Shown here one piece after another: positions 44,430 through 56,521 of a stretch of DNA of 64,000 bases (within the stretch, counting starts at the first letter, position 1; every line of letters begins with the position of its first letter). Under the pieces are notes generated by a model. The model had not been told where the DNA came from. It searched no databases and saw nothing but the letters and a program-made list of their open reading frames with translations. The position numbers and the translations under genes were made by a program. The stretch comes from an uncultured Alphaproteobacteria bacterium (GTDB lineage: Bacteria; Pseudomonadota; Alphaproteobacteria; Rhizobiales; Beijerinckiaceae). Location: assembly GCA_963724785.1 (NCBI GenBank), contig CAVRWC010000012.1:5056-69055 (forward strand), read 5' to 3'.

Positions 44430-46233
44430 CTACGCTTCCAGCGCCTGATCGAGGTCGCGGATCAAATCCTCCGCCGTCTCCAGCCCGACCGAAAGCCGGA
44501 TGACATCGTCGCCGGCGCCGGCTGCGGCGCGCTGCGCTTCGGACAACTGGCGGTGGGTGGTCGAGGCCGGATGCAGGATCAGGCTGCGGGTGTCGCCGAT
44601 GTTGGCGAGATGGGAGAACAGGCGGACGTTCTCGACCAGCCGGACGCCCGCCTGGTAGCCGCCCTCGACCCCGAAGGTGAAAACCGCGCCGGCGCCCTTC
44701 GGCAGATACTTTTGCGCCAGCGCGCGATACGGGCTCGCCGGCAGCCCGGCGTAGGAAACCCACGCGACCTTCGGGCGCCCCGCCAGAAATTCGGCGACCG
44801 CCTGCGCGTTGGCGACGTGCCGCTCCATCCGCACATGCAGGGTCTCGACGCCGGTAATGGTCAGGAAAGCGTTCATCGGCGCGAGCGCCGGCCCGAAGTC
44901 GCGCAGGGCCACCGCGCGGGCCTTCATGGTGAAGGCGAAGTCGCCGAAGTTCTCGAAGAACTTCAGTCCGTGATAGGCGGGCTCCGGCTCGGTCAGCGAG
45001 GGAAAGCCCGCGCCTCGCGACCAGTCGAACCGGCCCGGACTCGACCACCACGCCGCCGAGCGCATTGCCATGGCCCGACAGGAACTTGGTGGTCGAATGG
45101 ACGACGATGTCGGCGCCGTGCTCGATCGGGCGGCACAGGTACGGCGTCGCCAGCGTGTTGTCGACGATCAGCGGCAGGCCGGCCTCGTGGGCGACCGCGG
45201 CCACGCGCGCGATGTCGACCACCACGCCACCCGGATTGGCGAGGCTCTCGATGAAGATCGCCTTGCAACGCGGCGTCAGCGCCTTGCGAAAATTATCCGG
45301 GTCGGCCGGGTCGACGAAATGGCAGGTCCAGCCGAGTTTCTTGAACGACAGGCCGAACTGGGTGAGTGAGCCGCCATAGAGCGCGCGCGAGGCGACGAAC
45401 TCGTCGCCCGGCCCCATCAGGGTGAAGAAGGTCAGGAACTGCGCCGCATGGCCCGATCCGGCCGCGACCGCCGCGCGGCCGCCCTCGAGGCTGGCGATCC
45501 GCTCCTCGAGCACCGCGACGGTCGGGTTGGTCAGCCGCGAATAGATGTAGCCGAAATCGTGCAGGTTGAACAGCGAGGCGGCGTGGTCGACGTCGTCGAA
45601 CACATAGGCGGTCGTCTGATAGATCGGCGTCGCGCGCGCCCCGGTGGTCGGGTCGGGCGCCGCGCCGGCGTGAATGGCGCGGGTCTCGAACCCATAGGCG
45701 AGATTGTGCGGCGGGGCGGGGCGCGACTTCACCCGACGCGGCAACGGCGGCGTCGGGGCGCGGTTGCGGATGATGCCGCTGTTGACGCCGCTCCACGACA
45801 ATTCGCCGCCGAGCCGGCCGAACTCGATCTTCGGGCAGCGGTTCATGATCACTTCGATCCCGGCGGCCTCGGCGACCTTCGCCGCCTCGTCGTTGCGCAC
45901 GCCGAGCTGCATCCACAAGACCTTCGCGCCGATCGCGATCGCCTCGGCGACCACGCCTGGCGCCTCGGACGATGCGCGGAACATGTCGACCATGTCGATC
46001 GTGTCGGGGATGTCGCCGAGCGCGGCGTAGACGGTCTCGCCGAGCAATGTCTCACCCGCGATGGCCGGATTGACCGGGATGACGCGGTAGCCTTTGCCCT
46101 GCAGGTACTTCATCACGAAGTAGCTCGGCCGGTTCCAGTTCGGCGAGGCGCCGACCATGGCGATCGTCCTCACCCGCTCGAGGATCGAGCGGATCTTCGC
46201 GTCCGGGTAGGGAATCGGTTCGAGGCCGGCCAT
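44430..46233 (-). CDS. metY: O-acetylhomoserine aminocarboxypropyltransferase with fused N-terminal CoA-binding (YccU-like) domain
   Basis: TIAMVGAS..RPS..PVNP..DMVDMFR..W.QLG..RCPKIE in frame with GFET..HAG..PIYQTT..YSRLTNPT..HSTTKFL..HLANIGD; frameshift ~45040. Confidence 0.88.
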
Positions 46234-46245
46234 GGCTTGGGTCCT

Positions 46246-47160
46246 TTAGACGGCGCCGTCCATCCTTAAGCCGGAAGAAGGAAGCACCGGCCGTTCATGG
46301 CGGCCCTTTGCGTACCGCGACCAGCGAAGATAAAGGCCGCCGGCGATGATGACCGCGTTGCCGGCGACGATCGGCAGCGTCGGGGCGTCGCGCCAGACGA
46401 TCCAGCCCATCAGCGCCGCCCACAGGATCGCCGAATATTGAAGCGGCGCGAGCACCGCGGCGCGCGCCAGCGCCAGCGCGCGAGTGATCAGGATGAAGCA
46501 CAGCATCGACACGATCCCGACCATCGCCATCAGCCCGAGGTCGAAGGCGTTCGGCGTCGTCCAGGCGAAGGGAATCGTCGCCGCGCCGATCAGGCCGCCG
46601 CCGGCGAACTGCCAGACGGTCAGCTGCAGCCAGTGGGAGCGTCGCAGCTTTCGCGTCAGCGTCTGGCCGAGGGCGAACATGGTCGCCCCGAACAAGGCGA
46701 GCGGCGACGCCCAGGAGAACAGTTGCGGCGTGGGCCTCAGCGCGATCAGGACGCCGGCGAAACCGATCAGCACCGCGATCCAGCGGAACCGCTCGACCTT
46801 CTCGCCGAGCAGCGGCGCCGACAGCGCCGTCACGATCAGAGGCGAGGCCATGTAGAACGTCATGACGTCGGCGAGCGGCATATATCGGGTCGCCCAGTAG
46901 AATGCGAACGTGTCGGCCGCCATGGCGAGCACCCGCACGACCTGGAGCGGCGGGTTCTCGACCGCTCGCAGCGCGGGTTTGAGCGCGAGCGCCATCGGCG
47001 CGAGCACGAAGGCCGAGCCGACCGAGCGGATCAGCATCAGCTGCCCGACGCCGTAGTCCGCGACCAGCCATTTGCCGAGCGCGTCGTTGAGCGCGAACAG
47101 GAAGACGCCGTCAGGTAGAGCGCGACGCCGAGGCCAAGCGTTGCGGAAACGGAAGCGGAC
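46246..47160 (-). CDS. DMT/EamA family transporter
   Basis: About 10 TM helices, LFALNDALGKWL..PLA...T....PL..LLGEKV..RW.AV..GF.G..LAPLQYS; start uncertain. Confidence 0.85.
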   Translation of the reverse strand, partial: VRFRFRNAWPRRRALPDGVFLFALNDALGKWLVADYGVGQLMLIRSVGSAFVLAPMALALKPALRAVENPPLQVVRVLAMAADTFAFYWATRYMPLADVMTFYMASPLIVTALSAPLLGEKVERFRWIAVLIGFAGVLIALRPTPQLFSWASPLALFGATMFALGQTLTRKLRRSHWLQLTVWQFAGGGLIGAATIPFAWTTPNAFDLGLMAMVGIVSMLCFILITRALALARAAVLAPLQYSAILWAALMGWIVWRDAPTLPIVAGNAVIIAGGLYLRWSRYAKGRHERPVLPSSGLRMDGAV

Positions 47161-47589
47161 TTCTGGGATGAACGGGCACGAGCGACAAGGCGAATCCGGG
47201 AGAACCAAGGGACGGCGTCGATCCCAGAATGGCTTTGCTGCGCTCGCAATACGATGCGGGCTACGCCGGCCGCAAAGAGACGGCCGCCCAGCATGCGATA
47301 CGGCCGGGCGAAAGCCGACGGCGAAAATCATGCCTCCCAGGAATTCGAATTCGAATCGCGGCTTCTCCAGGGAGTTGAGGGGCCAAGGGCGAGGCTGTGC
47401 GCCGGTTGAGCCGAGCCGCCGGATTTGGGGGCGATCGACTGAAATTCGCAGTGCACAAAAGTGGGAACCGGCGCGCCTGCCCCGCCGTTACCGGTTCAGC
47501 CGGCGGCCGCGGCGAATGCCCCTGAGAAACGCGTGTTTGCCGCGCGCGCGACTTGCGGCTTCCGAAAGCCAGAAAAGCTGAGGTGAACG

Positions 47590-49008
47590 ATGATCGCGAT
47601 TTAGTCGGCGGAGCTGGGGCTCGCGGCGCTTGCTTGACGACCGCCAAACCGATTCGGCCCCGGCCGGGGAGCCGAGAGCCAGACCGCGTCGCAACCGCGC
47701 GACCGCGGCGACGGAGGGGCTGCGCCGAGAAAAGGCGGCCTGACGGCGAGCGGCCGCCCCGCCTCCGGCAGGCGCCCGACGGAGAACGCAGCCGGAGCAG
47801 GGCCGGGCACGACAGCGAAAAGCCGCGAGGCGCACGGGGAACGTCCGAGCGAGACGGCGACGGAGAGAAGGGCGGACGGCTCCGAGAGTCCGCCAGCCAA
47901 GGCGCCGCGCGGCGCGGTGATCGCTGGCCGCCGGAGCGCTCGTCCTGGTCGTCGGCCGCGCCCGCCGGATATCTCTACTGGGACAACCTGTCGCATTTCG
48001 AATCGACCGACGACGCCTTCATCGCCGCGCGACAGTTCTCCGTCGCGCCGCAAGGTGGCGGGCTATGTCGTCGCCGTTCCGGTGACCGACAACCAGCACG
48101 TCAACCAGGGCGACGTGATCGCCCGCATCGATCGACCGCGACTATCGCGTCGCGCTCGGAGCAGGCCGGACGCGCAGGTCGCAGCCGCCGAGGACAGCAT
48201 CCACAACATCGACGCGCAGATCGCCGTGCAGGAGGCGCAGGTCGCGGCAGGCCGGGCGCAGGTCGACTCAGGCGCAGGCGGCGCTCGTGTTCGCGCAGGA
48301 GCAGGCGGCCCGGTACCAGGCAGCTGGTTCAGACCGGGCGCCGGCACGGTCCAGAACGCCCAGCAATACAGCTCGGGCCTGCGCCAGCAGGAGGCGGCGC
48401 TCAGACCCGCGAAGGCCACGCTGGCGCGCGCTCGAGCGACAGGTCGACGCGCTGAAGGCGCAGCGCAACAGCGCCGAGGCCAATCTCCGGCCAGGCGGAG
48501 GCGCAGCGCGACCAGGCCGCGCTCAACCTGTCCTACACCATCGTCAGCGCCGACCAGCCCGGGCGGATCGCCAACCTCACCGCCGGCGTCGGCGCAGTAC
48601 GCGACCGTCGGAACCGGCGCTCACGATGTTCGTTCCCGACGACATCTGGGTCGCGCGAACTTCAAGGAGACGCAGCTCGACGCCATGCGGCCGGGCCAGC
48701 CGGTCACGATGGGATCGACGCCTATCCGGAGCGGATCCTCCACGGCCATGTCGCGAGCGTCCAGCCGGGATCGGGCACCGCTTTCTCCCTGCTGCCGGCC
48801 GAGAACGCGACGGGCAACTACGTGAAGATCGTCCAGCGCGTGCCGGTCAAGATCGTCATGGACAACACCGCCGAAGCGACGTCACGCTGGGGCCCGGCAT
48901 GTCGGTCGTGCCGACCGTGCGCGACCAATCCCGCGCCGTCCTCTTAGGAACAGCTCGAGGCGCGCCTGCCCTGGCTGCGCAGCCGGCCCCTCGGCGGCAG
49001 GTTCGTGA
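47590..49008 (+). CDS. emrA: HlyD/EmrA membrane-fusion protein (many indels)
   Basis: ESTDDAFI..V.GYV..V.V.DNQ.V..GD..ANFKETQL..G.G.AFSLLPAENATGNYVKIVQRVPVKI..GPGMSV; start approximate. Confidence 0.85.
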
Positions 49009-50594
49009 GCGCGGCGACGCGACGCGCGCTCCTCCGCTGCGGCGAGCGCGGCGGGCGCGAGCCCCTGGCTGATCGCCTTGCTGGTCGCGCTCGCGGCCTT
49101 CATGGAGGTGCTCGACACGACCGTCGTCAACGTCGTGCTCCCCTATATCGCCGGCGGCATGGGGGTCAGCGACGACGAGGCGTCCTGGGTCGGTGACGAC
49201 CTATCTGGTAGCCAATGCCGTCAGCCTGACGGCGAGCCCGTTCCTCGCCCGGCAGCTCGGCCGCAAGACGTTCTTCCTCGCCTGCCTCGGGCTCTTCACC
49301 CTGAGTTCGCTTCTGTGCGCGCAAGCCTGGAATCTCGACTCGCTTCTCCTGTTCCGGATCCTGCAGGGGCTCGCCGGCGGCGGCATGGTGCCGGTTTCGC
49401 AGTCCATTCTGGCGGACGCCTTCCCGCCCAGAAGCGCGGGCAGGCGTTCGCGCTGTTCGGCATCGCCGTGGTCGTCGGCGCCGGTGGTCGGGCCGACGCT
49501 CGGCGGCTGGCTCGCCGACAATGTCTCGTGGCGCTGGTGCTTCCTGATCAACTTTCCGGTCGGCCTCGCGACGATGGCGCGCGATCGCCGACCGTGCTGC
49601 CCGCGGACAAGACCGCGAGCGCGCCGGCCGGTTCGATGTCATCGGCTTCCTGCTGGTCGCGACCTTCCTCGGCGCGCTCGAGGTCGTGCTCGACCGCGGG
49701 CTCGAGGACGATTGGTTCGGCTCGACCTTCATCGTCGTCAATGCGGCGGTCACAGCGATCGCGTTCGCGCTGATGATCCCGTGGGAGATGACCAGGTCCG
49801 ATCCGATGATCGATGTGCGCATGGTGGGGTCGCGCCAGTTCGGCGCCTGCTTCCTGGTGATGGGCGCGACCGGCGCCATCCTCTACGCGACGACCCAGTT
49901 CCTGCCGCTGCTCTTGCAGACGGACTTCGGCTACACCGCCGACCTGGGCCGGGCTCGCGCTGTCGCCGGGCGGGCTCGTCACGATGGTGATGATGTTCGT
50001 GATCGGCGCCATCTCGAACAAGGTTCAGCCCAAATACCTGATCATGGCCGGCGGCGCTGATCATCGCGGCGTCGATGTATGAGCTGACGAACGTGTACGG
50101 CGACGCTCAACTTCTGGTTTTTCGCCCGGTCGCGCATGCTGCTCGGCCTCGGGCTGCCGCTGATCTTCATCCCGATCATCGCCGCTTCCTACGACGGCGA
50201 TTCCGCCCGAGAAGATCGACATGGCCTCGGCGCTCGATCAACGCCGCGCGCAACACCGGCGGCTCGATCGGCATCTCGATCGCCTCCAACGTGGTGGCGC
50301 ATCGCGAGCAGTTCCATCAGGCCCGGCTGATCGAGAACGCCGTCCCCGCGAGCGTCCAGTACCAGGACACGCTGCATCAGGTGACGCGGTATTTCGAGGC
50401 GCAGGGGAGCGCGGCCGCTCAGGCGCAGCAGCAGGCGGTCGCCTGGATCGGCCAGGAGATCGCGCTCCAGGCGTCATACCTGGCCTACGTCGGACGTTTT
50501 CTGGGTCCTGACGATGATGGCGCTCGCGGCCGTGCCGCTCGCCATGACCCTGCGCAAGGTGAAGCTCGGCGGCCCGGCGCCGGCCGCGCACTGA
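49005..50594 (+). CDS. emrB: DHA2 MFS efflux permease (many indels)
   Basis: [60 protein letters not shown]. Confidence 0.87.
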
Positions 50595-50695
50595 GGCCGC
50601 GGCGCGGCCCCCGAAAGCGCGGCCTGGAGCCGCCGCGGTCCTCAAACGACACGGCCGCATCTCGGATGCGGCCGTGAACGATCCGAAAGCTGTCG

Positions 50696-51315
50696 TCAGC
50701 GCGAGTAGAACTCGATGACGAGGTTCGGCTCCATGTGGGTCGGATAGGGGACCTCGGTCAGGTTCGGGAATGCGGGTGAGCTTGGCCGTGCCCTTGGCCG
50801 GATCGACCTCGACGTAGTCCGGCACCTCGCGCTCGGCGAGCGCCTGCGCCTCGATCACGATGGCGAGCTGCCTCGAGGCTTCCTTGATCTCGATCACGTC
50901 GCCGACCTTCACCTGATAGGAGGCGATGTTGACCCGCCGGCCGTTCACCTTGATGTGGCCGTGGTTGATGAACTGGCGGGCGGCGAACACGGTCGGCACG
51001 AACTTGGCGCGGTAGATCGACCGCGTCGAGCCGGCGCTCCAGCAGGCCGATCAGGTTGGCGCTCGAGTCGCCCTTCATCCGGAGCGCCTCGACATAGTAC
51101 TTGTGGAACTGCCGCTCGGAGATGTTGCCGTAGTAGCCCTTGACCTTCTGCTTGGCCTTGAGCTGGGTGCCGAAGTCGGTCGCCTTGCCTTTGCGGCGCT
51201 GGCCATGCTGGCCGGGGCCGTATTCGCGCTTGTTGAACGGGCTCCGGGGACGGCCCCAGATGTTCTCGCCCATGCGGCGATCGATCTTATACTTGGCTTG
51301 TGCGCGCTTCGTCAT
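50696..51315 (-). CDS. rpsD: 30S ribosomal protein S4 (apparent indel errors)
   Basis: [59 protein letters not shown]. Confidence 0.96.
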
Positions 51316-51501
51316 CGCGGTTCCTCTGTGTTATCCGATGGTGGGTCGAGGAACGCGCCCTCCTCTGCGCCCTTCCCGGGCGCCGACAGGTCCAGGCCGA
51401 GCAAGGCCGTGACCACGGGTGCGTCAAACGGAAATCGCGCCCTCCCGGACGGAGAGCGCGCTCGCCGCGGCCTCTGGTAGGGGATCGGCTGGCGCTGTCA
51501 A
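51316..51501 (-). promoter_or_regulatory. rpsD promoter and structured 5' leader
   Basis: TTGACA on minus strand at 51496-51501; leader with several hairpins and an anti-SD segment. Confidence 0.55.
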
Positions 51502-51826
51502 CGGACACGCGGGGTTTGCCGGCGCGGCGACCGGCCGCCCGCTCGCCGGGGATGCGGGCATGCACCCCACGCATGCAGTTTGCGATGTTTCTGACCCCAT
51601 AAGATTCCACAAAGTCTCCAATTAACGCTTGGATTTCAGCGTGGCATCATGCGGAGATCGGACAATATGTCGCGCGCTCAAAAGCGCATGCGCACTCGCA
51701 GTGCGATCTTGACTTTTGTCTCCGCAGCAAGATACAAATGTTCATGTTGAGGGGATGAAGCGACGGCGGTTCCGAAGGTTTCGGAGCCGGGAACAGGAGG
51801 GCGGTCAACACAAGGAGACCGCCATA

Positions 51827-51991
51827 ATGAACTTCAATATCTATCCGTTTTCTGCGCGAACGCCGGACCTACTGGAACGTCATCCAGGAGCTGTCCACAA
51901 TACACCGACCGCGAATTGCAGGACATCGGCATCGATCGCGCCGACATCCACGAGATCGCGCGCCTCGCCTCCAGGGAGGCCAGGGCGCTAG
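51827..51991 (+). CDS. DUF1127 small protein (frameshifted)
   Basis: AAGGAG RBS; pieces ..ERR.Y...[25 protein letters not shown]. Confidence 0.78.
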   Translation: MNFNIYPFSARTPDLLERHPGAVHNTPTANCRTSASIAPTSTRSRASPPGRPGR

Positions 51992-52057
51992 GCGTAAACC
52001 AAACATCGCGAGCAATGTCGCAGTCTGGCGGCGGCGCCCCTCGGGCGCCGCCAGACC

Positions 52058-53481
52058 TCAGGAGCGATTGATAAACGTCCTCGATTCGGACGATGTCGTC
52101 CTCCCCCAGATAGCTTCCGGTCTGCACCTCGATCAGCTCGAGGTCGATCTTGCCCGGATTGGCCAGACGGTGATCGGAGCCGATCGGCAGGTAGATCGAA
52201 CTCGTTTTCGTGCACGAGCTGCACGGCCCCGTTCAGCGTCACCTCGGCGGCCCCTCGCACCACGATCCAGTGCTCGGCGCGGTGATAGTGCTTCTGCAGC
52301 GACAGCCGCCCGCCGGCCTCACCACGATCCGCTTGACCTGGTAGCGCGGCGCCGTGGTCGATGCTCTGGTAATAGCCCCAGGGCCGGTACATGCGGCGAT
52401 GCTGGGTCGCCTCGGGCTGGTTCTCCGCCTTCAGCTGCTCGACCAGCTGCTTGACCTTGTCGGTCTGCGACTTGTCGGCGACCAGCATCGCGTCGCCGGT
52501 CGCCACCACGATCACGTTGTCGCAGGCCGATCACCGCGGCCAGATGCTCGTCCGAGCGGACGAGCACGTTCGACGAATCGATCGCCACCGCCCGGCCGCG
52601 CAGGCTGTTGCCGTCGGCGTCCTGCGGGCTCAGCCGCCAGACGGTCGACCACTGGCCGACGTCCGACCAGCCGACGTCGGCCTCCAGCACCGCCGCGCGG
52701 CGCGTTCGCTCCATGACCGCATAGTCGATCGAGGTGCGCGGCGCCTGGACGAAGGCGTCGCGGTCGAGAACGAGGAATCCGAGATCGTCCTTGGCGAGGG
52801 CGACGGCCTCGGCGGTGGCCGCGGCGATCTTCGGCTCGAAATCGCTTCAGCTCCTCCAGCATGACGTCGGCGCGGAACACGAAGTTGCCGGAGTTCCACA
52901 GATATCCCGCTTCGATGAAGGTCTTCGCTGCGCTTCGCGTCCGGCTTTTCGACGAACCGCTCGACGCGGCGGACCTTCGGATCGTCAGGCGAGCGGTTCG
53001 CCGGGATGGATGTATCCGTAGCCGGTCGCCGGATGATCCGGCTTCACGCCGAAGGTGACGATCTCGCCCGCCTCCGCCGCGCCGGCCGCCTGCCGCGCAG
53101 AGCTGGGCGAACCGCTTTTCGTTCTGGAACACGTGATCGGCCGCGAGGATCGCCACGATCGTCTTCGGGTCGCGGGCCGCCGCCCACGCCGCCGCCGCCC
53201 CGACCGCGGCCGCGCTGTCGCGCCGCTCGGGCTCGAGCAGGATCGTCGCCTCCGCGCCGATCTCCTTGAGCTGCTCGGCGACCCGGAAGCGATAGTCGAA
53301 ATTGGTGATGACGACCGGACGATCGAACACCTCCGCGTCCCCGACCACGCCGATGATCGACTGGAAGGTCGAGCGGTCGCCGATCAGCGGAATGAACTGC
53401 TTGGGCAGGCTCTCGCGCGATTCCGGCCATACCCGGGTGCCCGATCCGCCGCACATGATCACAGGAAGAATTTTCGGCCAT
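52058..53481 (-). CDS. manC: Mannose-1-phosphate guanylyltransferase / phosphomannose isomerase (indels)
   Basis: [78 protein letters not shown]. Confidence 0.92.
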
Positions 53482-53673
53482 TACGTCCCCTGCACGTTTT
53501 TGTCGGCGCGCCGCGCCGGACCCCCGCGAGCGTTCTTGCTGGAATAGCGCACGCTGGCAACCGCCGATCTTGTACTCCTTCCGGGCAAAGGACGCATCCA
53601 ACGGCATGCCGAGGCCCCGCGGGCCGCCATAAAACGGCGGCGATGGCCGTTTGGCCCTCTGACCGCCGGCCGC

Positions 53674-55231
53674 TCAAAAATCGGTCGGCGCGCCGCCCTC
53701 GGCCTTGCGGCGCGCGACGAAGGCCTCCAGCGCCTCGCGCCGCTCCGGCTCGAACGGCGGCGGCGTGTAGGCGGCAAGCCGTTCCGCGACGATGCGCCCG
53801 GCGGCGTCGGCGGCGGTCGGCGACCCGGCCTCGCGCCAGGTCTCGTAGTTGCGCCAGTCGGAGATCATCGGCGCGAAGAAGGCGGTCCGGTAGCGCGACT
53901 GGGTGTGCTCGGCGCCGAAGAAATGTCCGCCCGGCCCCACTTCCCGGATCGCGTCGAGCGCGAGCTCCGCATCGTCGACGCGCATCGGCCTCAGGAATTC
54001 CGCGACCATCGCGAGCAGGTCCGCGTCGAGCGCCATCTTCTCGAACGACGCCTGCAGACCGCCTTCCATCCAGCCCGCGCCATGCATCAGGAAGTTGACT
54101 CCGCCCATGATCGCGCCCCACAGCGAGAACACGCTCTCGTAGGCCGCCTGGGCGTCGAGCGCATTGGCGGCGTTGGCGTTGGAGGAGCGATAGGGCAGGC
54201 CGAGCCGGCGCGCGAGCTGGCCGCCGACGATCGCCGTCTTCATGTATTCCGGCGTGCCGAAGGCGGGCGCGCCCGACTTCATGTCGACGTTGGAGGTGAA
54301 GCCGCCGTATACGAAGGGCGAGCCCGGCCGCACGATCTGCGCCAGTACCAGACCCGCCAGCGCCTCGGCGTGCTGCTCGGCGAGCGCGCCGGCGAGCGTC
54401 ACCGGCGCCATGGCGCCGGCCAGCGTGAACGGCGTCAGCACGACGACCTGATTGCGCCGCGCCATCTGGATGATCCCCTCCAGCATCGGCGTATCGAGCC
54501 GGAGCGGCGAGGACGAGTTGATGACCGTGAACAGCGACGGCTCGCGCTCGAGCGTCGCGTCGTCGATCCCGCGCGCGATCTTGATCATCTCGATCGCGTC
54601 GAGATTGCGCTCGCGCCCGAGGCTATAGGCGTGGATCGGCTTGTCCGACAGCGTCAGCATGTCGAAGAGCGCGTCGAGATGGCGCACGGAAGCATGCACG
54701 TCGACCGGCTCGACCGGATAGCCGCCCCAGAAGTGGATGGCGTCGAACGTCTGGCCGAGCCGGATGAAGTTGCGAAAGTCGGCGATCGTCCCCGGCCTGC
54801 GCCCGCCGGCGCGGTCGAAGGCGTTGGGCGCGCTGGCCACCGAGCCGAACGCGACGTGTCGCCCGCCGATCGCGAGACGGCGCGCGGGGTTGCGCGCGTG
54901 CAGGGTGAATTCGCTGCGGCGCGAGGCCGATCTGCGCCTCGACCAGCGCCGGATCGAAGCGCACCCGCTTCGAGTCCGGATCGACGTCGGCGCCGGCGTC
55001 CTTCAGCATCGCCCGCGCGCCGTCGTGCAGGAAATCGATCGCCGATCTCCTTCAGCACGGTCAGGGCGGCCCGATGGATCGAATTCGAGTTCGTCGCGCG
55101 ACACGAGGTCGAGCGGCGGGAAGGGCGCGACGGGCTGGGCGGGCGGCGCGACGGCCGCGGCGCACGCTGCGTTCGGCGCCGCGGCGACGGCGGCGGCACG
55201 GAGTTCCTGCGGCAGGATCTTCAGCGGACAT
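53674..55231 (-). CDS. Trimethylamine methyltransferase (MttB/COG5598) family protein (indels)
   Basis: N.SSPL..D, TPFTLAGAMAPVT, GGFTSNVDMKSGAPAFGTPE, DAQAAYES, HGAGWMEGGL.AS.EK, VGPGGHFFG. Confidence 0.9.
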
Positions 55232-55345
55232 GGCGGCTTCCCGGGAGAAGCCGATGGCGGCGGCGATTCGGGTCGTCACGGCTAATGGCGGCGTCCGCGC
55301 CGCGCCTCGCGCGAAAATGGCATCGCGACATGCCAATTTGAACGG

Positions 55346-56315
55346 CTACTTCGCCGCCCTGAGCTTCGGCGGCTCGCTCGGCGCGGCGGCGTCCGGCTCG
55401 GCGGTCTTGCCCGCCGCGAAGCGCGCGATCAGCCACGAGCGGAACAGCGCCACCGCCTCGTTGCTGAGGTCCTCCGGATGGGTGGTGAGGTAGTAGCCGT
55501 AGCCCTCGTCGATCCAGAGGTCGAACGGCTGCACCAGCCGCCCCGCCTTGATCTCCTCGTGGAACAGCCGCGGATCGATGAGCGCGACGCCGTCGCCGCT
55601 CATCGCATATTGCGCCGCGAGCTGCTGGGTGTCGAACACGAGGCCGCGATCGACGGCGAGGTCGGGCCGGCCGATCGAGCGCACGAACATCTCCCAGAAG
55701 AAGTGGCGCGGCCGTCCGTCGATCTTGATGTGCAGGAGGTCGCTGCCGGCGATAAGCCGGGCCGGGTCGCTGGCGTCGACCGTCTCCAGGAGCTTCGGGC
55801 TGCACATCGGCGTCGCGCGCACCATCCACAGGAGATCGTGGATCGCGTCGGTGACGCGCGGCTCGGAATAGACGATGGCGATGTCGACGTCGCCGTCGAC
55901 CTCGGGGCCGGTGCTCGGCTTCGACACGATCTCCAGCGTGATGCCCGCGTTCTCGGCGCGGAAGTCGCGCAGGATCGGGATCGCCAGGCGATGGGCGAAG
56001 GACGTCGGCAGGGCGACCTTCAGCACCCGCTTCGGCCGGCCCTTCTCCTTGATGACCTCGCCGAGCGCCTGGTCGATGCGGTCGAACGACTTCGTCACCA
56101 CCGGCAGAATGTGCCGCCCCGCCTCGGTGAGGACGAGCTGCTGCGGCCGCCGTTCGAACAAGGATCACGCCGAGGAAGTTCTCGAGGACGATCACATGAC
56201 GGCTGACCGCGCTCTGCGCGACCGTCAGGCTGTTGGCCGCGGCGGTGAAGCTCAGGTGCTGCCCCGCCGCCTCGAACGCTCGCAGCGCGTTCAGCGGCAA
56301 CCATTTGCGATCCAT
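55346..56315 (-). CDS. LysR-family regulator, GcvA-like (frameshift ~56165)
   Basis: LPLNALRAFEAA..HLSFT.AA..L.V.QSAVSRH..LE..F.R..LT.AG. Confidence 0.9.
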
Positions 56316-56521
56316 CCGTCCTCCCCGCGCCGCGCTCGTTCGGACATCGCCGAAGCTGGGCTTGCGATGCGCGATGAATAGTTTCTTAACTCATGACGCG
56401 GCAGTCCCACAATACGCTCGACGCTCGCGAACTGCGCCGGACAAACCGCGGAGCGAGGAATGCGCACAGGAATCTTCAAGCGCGGGCGCGCCTCGTTCGA
56501 TCCGGCGCCGCGCAATGGCGT

